64,000 bases of DNA from Spirochaetaceae bacterium. Its GTDB lineage: Bacteria > Spirochaetota > Spirochaetia > SZUA-6 > Bin103. The position numbers were made by a program, and so were the translations under genes. The notes beneath the pieces are model-generated. The model saw only the letters and a list, made by a program, of their open reading frames with translations, was not told the origin of the DNA and made no database searches. Shown piece after piece: positions 37,057 through 44,965 of the stretch. The stretch covers positions 71,485 through 135,484 of the forward strand of contig JAPPGB010000073.1 in NCBI GenBank assembly GCA_028821475.1, in the 5' to 3' direction. The first letter of the stretch is position 1, and every line of letters begins with the position of its first letter.

Positions 37057-38778
37057 CTATCCCCGCGCGGGCAGCCAGGCTCCGGGGGCGATGCCGTCGA
37101 TGTGGGTCTTCACGTCCACCACGGCCGGCTGGCCGGAGGCGAACGCCGCATCGAGGGCGCCGCGCAGTTCGCCGATGCGGTTGACCGTGACTCCGAAGCA
37201 TCCCATCGAACGGGCAATGGCGGCGAAATCGGCGTCCGGGAAGATCCACAGGTCGTCGGAGCCGGGCGTCTGGCCGCCGTAGACCGACTCGTTACCGCCC
37301 TTCTCCTGGTTCAGGGAGTGGTTGTTGTTGACCACCGTTACCGTGTTCAGATTGTACTTGAACGCCGTTTCCAGCTCCGCGAGGTGGTACCAGATGCCGC
37401 CGTCGCCGGTGAAGCATACCACCGGGCGGTCGGGCGCGGCACACTTGGCGCCCATCGCCGCCGGCAGCCCCCAGCCGAGCGAGCCGGCGCAGCGGATAAA
37501 GCTCTGGCCAGGATGGGGAAGGTCGAGCATGGTGCCGGTCCACACACCGGAGTGGCCGGTGTCGGACACCAGGATCGCGTCCTCGGGCAGGTAGTCCGAG
37601 AGTTCGCCGCACAGCCGCTCGGGGCGCATCGGCTCGATGTCCGACTCCCACACGCCGCGCACCTGTTCCTTCCACGCCGCGACCAGCTCCTGCACGCGGG
37701 CCACCCACGCGGAGCGGTCGGGCGCGCCGCCGCTATCGGCGCCGCCGCCGCTATCGGCGCCGCCGCCGCTATCGGCGGCCGTGATCATGCGGCGCAAGGT
37801 GTTGCGCACGTCGCCCTGTAGCCCCACGTCGAGCGCGTAATTGCGGCCCAGTTCCTCGCCGTTGATGTCAAGCTGCATGACCGGGGTGCCCTGCGGCGGG
37901 ATCCGGTAGCCGTGGGTCAACTGGCCGCCGGCGTGGCTGCCGATGAAGAACACCAGGTCCGCCTCGCACACGATGCGGTTGGAGCATTCGCGCGAGTAGT
38001 TGCCCGGCGTGCCCACCGCCAGCGCGTGGTCGGGCGGGAACATCGCCTTGGCGTTCAGCGCGGTGGCCACCGGAATCGACAGTTTCTCGGCCAACGCGAT
38101 CAACTCGGCGCGCGCATCGGAAGCGGTCACGCCGCCGCCGGCCACGATCACCGGCCGCTCCGCCCGGGCGAGTCGGTTCAGGGCCTGCGCGATCTGGTCA
38201 CCGTCCGCCTCCGGGCGGAACGCCGGCACGCGCGTGAACGGCTCCTCGACGATCACCTCCAGGTCCGCCTCGCGGTCGAATACCGCCTGCCCGGCGAGGC
38301 CGTCCAGGTCGAGGTGCGCCGGCCCCGGCGTGCCGGTGGTGGCGGCGCGGAACGCCTGGCGCAGGCGGATGCCCAGCAGGTCCGGCGTACGCACGGAGGC
38401 GCTGTACTTGGTCACCGTGGTGAACGGCCTGACGTGGTCCACCTCCTGGTATGCGTGGCGCTGCTGGTTGATCGGCAGTTCGCGCCCGGTCAGCGCGATC
38501 ACCGGCGAGCAGGCCAGGTAGGCGTCCTGCAGCCCCGCCGCCAAGTTCACCGCGCCCACCGACTGTGCCATGCACAGGCTCGGAGCGCGCTTGACGCGGG
38601 CGTAGGCGTCCGCCATGTAGGCGGCGGCCTTCTCGCCGTGCGGCTGAATGCGCTGCATGCCGAGCTTCTCCATCTCCATCAGCGTACGCGGGCCGATGAA
38701 CGGCATGAAGAACACATGCGTAATCCCATATCCATGCGCCATTTCGGCGGTAAAACGAGCACCAGTCATAGTTGCCAT
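37057..38778 (-). CDS. Thiamine-pyrophosphate-dependent enzyme (acetolactate synthase large-subunit-like)
   Basis: N-terminal Pyr domain (HGEKAAAYMADAYARV...SVGAVNLAAGLQDAY) and the TPP motif GDGGIWYHLAELETAFKYNLNTVTVVNNN. ATG at 38778. Confidence 0.85.
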   Translation of the reverse strand: MATMTGARFTAEMAHGYGITHVFFMPFIGPRTLMEMEKLGMQRIQPHGEKAAAYMADAYARVKRAPSLCMAQSVGAVNLAAGLQDAYLACSPVIALTGRELPINQQRHAYQEVDHVRPFTTVTKYSASVRTPDLLGIRLRQAFRAATTGTPGPAHLDLDGLAGQAVFDREADLEVIVEEPFTRVPAFRPEADGDQIAQALNRLARAERPVIVAGGGVTASDARAELIALAEKLSIPVATALNAKAMFPPDHALAVGTPGNYSRECSNRIVCEADLVFFIGSHAGGQLTHGYRIPPQGTPVMQLDINGEELGRNYALDVGLQGDVRNTLRRMITAADSGGGADSGGGADSGGAPDRSAWVARVQELVAAWKEQVRGVWESDIEPMRPERLCGELSDYLPEDAILVSDTGHSGVWTGTMLDLPHPGQSFIRCAGSLGWGLPAAMGAKCAAPDRPVVCFTGDGGIWYHLAELETAFKYNLNTVTVVNNNHSLNQEKGGNESVYGGQTPGSDDLWIFPDADFAAIARSMGCFGVTVNRIGELRGALDAAFASGQPAVVDVKTHIDGIAPGAWLPARG

Positions 38779-38916
38779 AACGTGTTCAGCGACAGTAGCC
38801 GAACCGTCCCTCCCTGTAAACACGCCGCCGCCGGACCGATGGACCGACCGGACCGGTCAGCCGCACCGGCTTGTTCCTTGACCTCGATTCGCCGTCCGGT
38901 GGATCATTCCCTCCCC

Positions 38917-41568
38917 ATGGACGACAGCCGCTCCCACACCATGACCGACGGTCTTCCGCCGCTAGCCGGCATCCGCGTGGTCGACTTCGGCCACTACCTT
39001 GCCGGGCCGCTGGCCGGCATGCTGCTCGCCGACCAGGGCGCCGAGGTGATCAAGATCGACCGCCCCGGCCACCCCTCCTGCGCCACCCCCGCCGGCGCGG
39101 TGTTCAACCGCGGCAAGCAGGTCGTGGAGCTGGACCTGAAAAGCGATGCCGGGCGCGAGGCCGCGCAACGCTTGGTGGCAGCGGCCGACGTGGTGATCGA
39201 GAACTTCCGGCCCGGCGCGATGGACCGGCTGGGACTGGGCGCCGCAGCCACTACGGCAGCCCACCCGCGCCTGGTGTACCTCTCCCTCCCCGGCTTCGGA
39301 GCCGGCGAGAAACTCGCTTCGATGCGCGCCTTCGAAGGCGTGCTCAACGCGGCCACCGGGGTGTACACCGACCTGCACGCGATCCGCCGCGCGCTGCACG
39401 CGCCGCCGCAATACACGCCGATCCCGCTGGCCTCCGCGTACGGCGCGGTGCACGGCGCCATCGCCGTGGCCATTGCGCTGTACGCGCGCGAGGAGAGCGG
39501 GCGCGGCGAGGCAATCGAGGTGCCGCTCGCGGGCGCCGCGATGTCGGCCATGGGCGCCTTCCTGCTGCGCGTGGCCGATGCGCCGGCGCGCTACGGCAAG
39601 CGCCCCAACCCCGCCAACGACGGCCTGCGCGAGCAGATGCGGCACGCCGACAAGGACGAGCGGCGCCGGCTGATCGATGCGCAGCGCCCGTGGCTGCCGG
39701 TCATGTTCGACAGCTACCAGGCGGGCGACGGCCGCTGGGTGTTCATACTGGCCGGCAACAGCCGCCGCAACTCGGTGCAGTTGGTCAACGCACTCGGGAT
39801 CTACGACGCCCTGATCGCCGACGGCATGGTCGACCTGCCGGCCTGGCCGGACCTCACGCGGCCCAACAACATCCAGGACGTCGACGGCCTGTCGCGGCAG
39901 TGGAGGAAGATCCTGCGTGACCGCATGACCGCGGCCTTCCGGCAGAAGCCGGCGGACGACTGGACGCCGATCATGCGCGCGCACGGGGTGCCGTTCAGCG
40001 TGCACCGCAGCACGCAGGAGTGGCTGCATGCGCCGGAAACCGACGCCGCCGCGTTGACCGTGGAAGTGGACGATCCGACGCACGGCGCCATCCGCCAGTT
40101 CGGCGTGCAGACCTCGCTCGGCCGTACCGACGAGCGGTGGCACGTGCCGCAGCCGGCCCGCCCCGGCGACCTCACCGCCCTGCTGCGCGACCTCCCGGCG
40201 GCAACCGGCAACGGCGCCGTCGCCGCCACCCCGGGCGCCGCTGCCCAGAATGACGGCAGTGATGGCAGTGATGGCAGTGACGGCAGCGCGGTCGCTCGCC
40301 CGGCGCACGGCGCCCGGCAGGCGGCCGAGCCGGCTCTCTCGGCGCCGCGAGGCGGCATCCTCGCCGGCATCAGGGTGCTGGACCTGTCCACCGTGCTGGC
40401 CGGCCCGTGCTGCGCGCGAACCCTGGCGGAGTACGGCGCCGACGTGATCAAGATCGATTCGCCCAACCCCTACTTCCTGCCCTCGACCGCGTGCTATCTG
40501 CACCTTGAGGTAGGCCAGGGCAAACGCAGCGTGATCCTGGACCTCAAACAGGCGGCGGGCAAACGGCTGTTCGAGCAGCTTGCCGCCGGCGCCGACGTGA
40601 TCGTGCACAACTTCCGGCCCGGCGTGGCCGAGCGCCTCGGCATCGACCATGCCAGCCTGGCGCGCATCAATCCCGACATCGTGTACCTCAACCTGACCGC
40701 GTTCAATGGTCCGCGCCGCGGGCCGTGGACCGAGTTGCCCGGCTTCGACCCGGTGCTGCAGGCCGCCACCGGCATCCAGCAGCGCTACGGCGGCCCTGGC
40801 GGGCCGCCCGAGCTGCACGGCTTCGCCTCCTGCATCGACTACCTTACCGGCTACTCGGGCACCTACGGCATCGCGCTTGCCCTGCTGCGCCGCAAGCGCG
40901 AGGGCGGCGGCGACCTGGTGTTCACCTCCCTGGCGCAGGGCGGGCAACTGGTGCAGGCGCCGTTCGTATGGGCCACCGCCGACGCCCTGCCCGACGACGG
41001 CCCGCACGGCCAGGAAGTCCTGGGAGCGCACTCGCTGGAGCACCTGTACCGCGCCGCCGACGGCTGGCTCGTGCTCACCGGCCTGCCCGAGGACCTGCCG
41101 CGGCTGCGCGACGTCCCCGGCCTGGCGGCGGCCCCGGTCGCCGCGGACCAGGATGCGGACCGCATCGCCGCCCTGCAGGCCGCCATCGCCGAACAGCCGG
41201 TGGCCCACTGGGAGCAGGCATTTTCCGCCGCCGGCTTCGGCTGCCACCGCGTGGACTACATCGAAGACATACGCCGCACCGGCCTGCGCGAGATCACCGA
41301 CGCCGAGCGCGCATCGTGGAGCGAAGCCGAGTCGATCGCGGTAATCCGCCTGCTCGACCACCCGGCCGGCAGCGCGGTCGACAACCCGGCGCCCACCTAC
41401 GCCCGCTTCGCCGGCACCTCGCTGCTCCTCGCCAACCCGATGCCCAAGGTCGGCGCCCACACGCGCGCCGTCCTGCGCGAACTCGGCCACGACGACGCCC
41501 GCATCGACCGCTGGGTCGCCGACGGCGTCGCCGCCGAGCAACTCCACGACGCCTACCTCCCCCACTGA
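38917..41568 (+). CDS. Tandem fusion of two family III CoA-transferase (CaiB/BaiF) modules
   Basis: LAGIRVVDFGHYLAGPLAGMLLADQGAEVIKIDRPG near the N-terminus, and a second LAGIRVLDLSTVLAGPCCARTLAEYGADVIKIDSPN after a GSDGSDGSDGS linker. The start is ATG 38917 or 38941. Confidence 0.8.
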   Translation: MDDSRSHTMTDGLPPLAGIRVVDFGHYLAGPLAGMLLADQGAEVIKIDRPGHPSCATPAGAVFNRGKQVVELDLKSDAGREAAQRLVAAADVVIENFRPGAMDRLGLGAAATTAAHPRLVYLSLPGFGAGEKLASMRAFEGVLNAATGVYTDLHAIRRALHAPPQYTPIPLASAYGAVHGAIAVAIALYAREESGRGEAIEVPLAGAAMSAMGAFLLRVADAPARYGKRPNPANDGLREQMRHADKDERRRLIDAQRPWLPVMFDSYQAGDGRWVFILAGNSRRNSVQLVNALGIYDALIADGMVDLPAWPDLTRPNNIQDVDGLSRQWRKILRDRMTAAFRQKPADDWTPIMRAHGVPFSVHRSTQEWLHAPETDAAALTVEVDDPTHGAIRQFGVQTSLGRTDERWHVPQPARPGDLTALLRDLPAATGNGAVAATPGAAAQNDGSDGSDGSDGSAVARPAHGARQAAEPALSAPRGGILAGIRVLDLSTVLAGPCCARTLAEYGADVIKIDSPNPYFLPSTACYLHLEVGQGKRSVILDLKQAAGKRLFEQLAAGADVIVHNFRPGVAERLGIDHASLARINPDIVYLNLTAFNGPRRGPWTELPGFDPVLQAATGIQQRYGGPGGPPELHGFASCIDYLTGYSGTYGIALALLRRKREGGGDLVFTSLAQGGQLVQAPFVWATADALPDDGPHGQEVLGAHSLEHLYRAADGWLVLTGLPEDLPRLRDVPGLAAAPVAADQDADRIAALQAAIAEQPVAHWEQAFSAAGFGCHRVDYIEDIRRTGLREITDAERASWSEAESIAVIRLLDHPAGSAVDNPAPTYARFAGTSLLLANPMPKVGAHTRAVLRELGHDDARIDRWVADGVAAEQLHDAYLPH

Positions 41569-41737
41569 CCAGGCATTATGGACGGCTGCCAACACATTCA
41601 GGAGACCGTTGTGCTGCTCAGGATTCTGGCGCTCGGCAACCGGCAGATCGAAGCCGGCCAGGTGCGGCCCGCCGCCGATGTCGTGGCGCAGCTTCGGGAC
41701 CGCCGCCGCGGGCAGCGCGGCGTGGTAAGCTGCGCGC

Positions 41738-42958
41738 ATGGCTGACGGACTATCCGACGAGCGGCTTGCCCGCATCGAGCCGGTGCTGCGCCGCTACGTC
41801 GACGACGGCGAGCTGCCCGGCTACCTGCTGCTGATCTCCCGGCGCGGCCGGGAGGCGCTGTTTCTCTCCGGCGGCCAGATGGATGTCGAGCGGGGACGGC
41901 CGTTCGAGCGCGATACCATCGTGCGCATCTACTCGATGACCAAGCCGATCGCCAGCGTCGCCCTGATGCAGCTCTACGAACAAGGCGCGTTCCAGTTGGA
42001 CGATCCGGTGGGCCGCTACATCCCCGGCTGGGATCGCCTGCAGGTGTTCGCCGGCGGCGACGAGCGCCACTTCGAAACCCGCGAGGCCGACCGCCCAATG
42101 ATCGTCAAGGACCTGCTCACCCACACCTCCGGCCTCACCTACGGCTTCATGCACAGCCACCCCGTGGACGCCCTGTACCGCGCCCGCGTCTCCGCGAACG
42201 ACCCACTGGAGACCGTGATCGCCACGCTCGGCGAGCTGCCGCTGCAGTTCTCGCCCGGCACGCGCTGGCAATACGGCATGTCCACCGACGTGGTCGGCTA
42301 CCTGGTGCAGGTGTTCTCCGGCCAGCCCCTGGACGACTACGTCGCCGAACACGTTACCGGACCGCTGGGCATGAGCGACAGCGGCTTTACGGTGCCGGCG
42401 GACCGGGCCGGGCGGTTCGCCGCCTGCTACGAGAGCGCGCGCGGCGCGCCGGGCGCCCCGGCCTACCGCCGTACCGAGGACCCGGCCACCAGCCGCTACC
42501 TCGGCCCGCCCGCGATGCTGTCCGGCGGCGGCGGCATGGTCGCCACCATCGACGACTACCGCCGCTTCGCCGACATGCTGCTCGGCAAGGGCGAATTCGA
42601 CGGCGTGCGCGTGCTCGGCCGCAAGACGGTCGAGTACATGACCTGCAACCACCTGCCCGGTGGCCGCGACCTGGCCGCCATGGGGGTGCCGGTGTTCAGC
42701 GAGACTCCGTTCGCCGACGTCGGCTTCGGCCTCGGCTTCTCGGTCGCCCTCGACCCCGCCGCGGCCAACGTGATCGACTCCCCCGGCCAGTTCGCCTGGG
42801 GCGGCCTCGCCGGCACCTACTTCTGGGTCGACCCCGTCGAGCAACTGAGCGTCGTGTTCTTCGCCCAACTCATCCACTCCGACGCCGTCGCCACCAGCCC
42901 GCCCCGCATCCTCCGCCGCCGCCTCAAGCCCCTCATCTACCAGGCCCTCGTCGACTGA
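41738..42958 (+). CDS. Beta-lactamase-fold serine hydrolase (class C / esterase-like)
   Basis: S-x-x-K motif in IYSMTKPIASVALMQL. 406 aa with the overall family layout. Confidence 0.85.
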   Translation: MADGLSDERLARIEPVLRRYVDDGELPGYLLLISRRGREALFLSGGQMDVERGRPFERDTIVRIYSMTKPIASVALMQLYEQGAFQLDDPVGRYIPGWDRLQVFAGGDERHFETREADRPMIVKDLLTHTSGLTYGFMHSHPVDALYRARVSANDPLETVIATLGELPLQFSPGTRWQYGMSTDVVGYLVQVFSGQPLDDYVAEHVTGPLGMSDSGFTVPADRAGRFAACYESARGAPGAPAYRRTEDPATSRYLGPPAMLSGGGGMVATIDDYRRFADMLLGKGEFDGVRVLGRKTVEYMTCNHLPGGRDLAAMGVPVFSETPFADVGFGLGFSVALDPAAANVIDSPGQFAWGGLAGTYFWVDPVEQLSVVFFAQLIHSDAVATSPPRILRRRLKPLIYQALVD

Positions 42959-43039
42959 TCCGCGGACACCCGGCAGTCACCGTACTGCCCTGACAACTTG
43001 TAATCCGATAGTCTACCTCCCGATTTACAAGGTATGGCA

Positions 43040-43400
43040 GCCGCGGCGCGCTCGACACCTGGCCGGGCCGCGGTGCGTCGTTCGAGACGCTCGTCCTGAT
43101 GGAACTGATGGCCGCCGCCCGCCACCAGCTTACCGACCCGCGGTTCTGGTTCTGGCACACCCAGGCCGGCGCCGAAGCCGACCTGCTGATCGAGTCGGGC
43201 GGCGACCTGCTCCCGTTCGAGGTGAAGCACGCTCCACCGTCTCCCGCTACGACATCGCCGGCCTGACGCAGGCGATGCGCGACCTGGACCTGCCACGCTG
43301 CTTCGTGATCTACCGCGGAACCGACCAGCGCAAGCTGGCCGCCAACGTCTGGGCCCTGCCCTCGGACGACGTAGCCGGCGGCTCGCTGTGGCCCTGGCAG
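43040..43400 (+). pseudogene. C-terminal fragment of a DUF4143-type AAA ATPase gene, frameshifted
   Basis: Own translation gives ASFETLVLMELMAAARHQLTDPRFWFWHTQAGAEADLLIESGGDLLPFEVKHA. After a frame change it continues SRYDIAGLTQAMRDLDLPRCFVIYRGTDQRKL. There is no N-terminal ATPase part. Confidence 0.55.
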
Positions 43401-43417
43401 TTCCGAATGACAGCCCA

Positions 43418-44965
43418 TCAATCGGGACGCGACTCTCTCGGTCCATGTCCGAACAACGAACGGGTGTAGCGAACGGGGTTCTTGTCCTTCACCAGGGTTC
43501 CTTCGTCAACGAAACGCCGCAACCAATCCCGCGCCGTATTCGGAGTAACGCCGAGTTCAGCGGCAACCTCCCTCGCGGTCCTTGGGACCACGCAGATCTG
43601 CTGCATGTATGTCCTGGCAGTGCCCAACAGCGATTCGATAAGAGTGCGGTCGGGATATGCAATAGACGGTTGTGCCTCCCGGATCGTCGGCGGTTCCGAC
43701 GGGATACTGCCATGCCGCGCTGCAACAACGTAGTTTCTGCCGGGCAGCTTCTCCAAGACACTGTCGTTGACAAGCTGTGTCAACCAAGTCTGTGCCATCG
43801 TCTTGGGCACTCCCAGCTCAAGGGCAACGTGCTCCACGCTACGAGGCTTAGCGCAGATGCTGCCAACATACGACGCTACGTCGCGGAAGAGCAGTCGGGC
43901 ATAGTCCGGCGCTTGCGATGATGGCGCCGCAGGGTCGGGCGCGGCTTGCCGCTCAGTTGTGCCAGCGTCCGCGCCGGCGATCAACTCGACCGAGTCCGGT
44001 TTGTGCTCATGCGGAGGGGAACAGCGGCCAAGAATCTCGCTAATCGCTTCTGGCGCCTCCGGTTCGGGCCACGGTCGCGCGCCACGACTTTGCAGAGCCG
44101 TAAGGCCCTCGGAAAGATCGCCGGTCGAGCGGACGAACACTGGGACGAAGTACTTCCTCAACTGCTCCACTGCACCGGCCCACGTGCCTCCCCGGCTGAA
44201 GTCCGCGTTTACCACCAGTCCGGCTTCGGCCAGGGCGTAGATCACCTTGTTGCGCTGCATCGCTTGCGCGACCGTGAATCTCAGGCTCGGGTCGAATGGG
44301 GATAGCAGGACGAGCCGCTCCTCCAGGAGCAGGTTGCGATGCTCGCGATTCATGACCGCCTTCTCCAGGTCTCCGGGCAGCACTCCCGCGACGCGGCCCC
44401 CGGCCTCCAAAGCACCATTCATGGCCGCCCGATCGACGCCCCTCGCACCGCCCGAAACAATGGCCAACCCGGCGCGGGCGATCAGGGACGCGTTGCGCCG
44501 CGTGTATTCGATGAGCGGTTCGGTAACTTCGCGCGATCCGACAACCGCGAGACTCCGGGAGTACAGGATCTCCTTCACTCCACACCCGTAGAGCACGCTC
44601 GGCGCATCGTTCTTCAATCGTTTCTTGAGCGACGGCGGGTATGCTTCATCGGCGCGGCTCACCACCCAGATCCCACGCGCGTGCCATCGTTCGACCGCCT
44701 GGCTTAACTGGAATCCTCTATTCAGCAGGGCCGTAAGGCGATCCTCCTCAACCACGTCTCCACACTGAGCGAGGAGTCGGTCGGCCCCAGATTCCAGCAG
44801 GGCGGCCGGTTCGGTTTGGTGCGAGGCCAGCAACGGGGCCAGCTTCCGATACTCCCCGGCGGTGAGAACCGGTGCTTGGGACCGGCGGCTGCCGACGACC
44901 AAGGGAGCCGTAAGCAGCAGTATCGCCGTCGTGTTTGCAGACAGGCCGTCCGTTCCGTTCATCAT
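43418..44965 (-). CDS. DprA/Smf-like (SLOG Rossmann) protein with two C-terminal wHTH-like repeats
   Basis: LAVVGSREVTEP...GLAIVSGGARGVDRAAMNGALEAGGRVAGVLPGDLEK is the DprA core. The C-terminus has two similar roughly 55-aa units (…CAKPRSVEHVALELGVPKTMAQTWLTQLVNDSVL / …CVVPRTAREVAAELGVTPNTARDWLRRFVDEGTL). The ATG at 44965 overlaps the RecQ stop. Confidence 0.75.
   Translation of the reverse strand: MMNGTDGLSANTTAILLLTAPLVVGSRRSQAPVLTAGEYRKLAPLLASHQTEPAALLESGADRLLAQCGDVVEEDRLTALLNRGFQLSQAVERWHARGIWVVSRADEAYPPSLKKRLKNDAPSVLYGCGVKEILYSRSLAVVGSREVTEPLIEYTRRNASLIARAGLAIVSGGARGVDRAAMNGALEAGGRVAGVLPGDLEKAVMNREHRNLLLEERLVLLSPFDPSLRFTVAQAMQRNKVIYALAEAGLVVNADFSRGGTWAGAVEQLRKYFVPVFVRSTGDLSEGLTALQSRGARPWPEPEAPEAISEILGRCSPPHEHKPDSVELIAGADAGTTERQAAPDPAAPSSQAPDYARLLFRDVASYVGSICAKPRSVEHVALELGVPKTMAQTWLTQLVNDSVLEKLPGRNYVVAARHGSIPSEPPTIREAQPSIAYPDRTLIESLLGTARTYMQQICVVPRTAREVAAELGVTPNTARDWLRRFVDEGTLVKDKNPVRYTRSLFGHGPRESRPD

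Noticed and set aside
37912-38900. N-terminal third of the 1218-aa ORF 37912..41568
   Set aside because: This part is antisense to the TPP-enzyme gene and lacks motifs. The CoA-transferase similarity begins only after the ATG at 38917 or 38941.
38962-41775. 937-aa minus-strand ORF antisense to the CoA-transferase fusion
   Set aside because: Same reasoning: a GC-driven open antisense frame without motifs.
42972-42989. Hairpin GGCAGT-caccgt-ACTGCC after the hydrolase stop as a terminator
   Set aside because: The stem is only 6 bp and there is no U-run. The evidence is too weak for a feature call.
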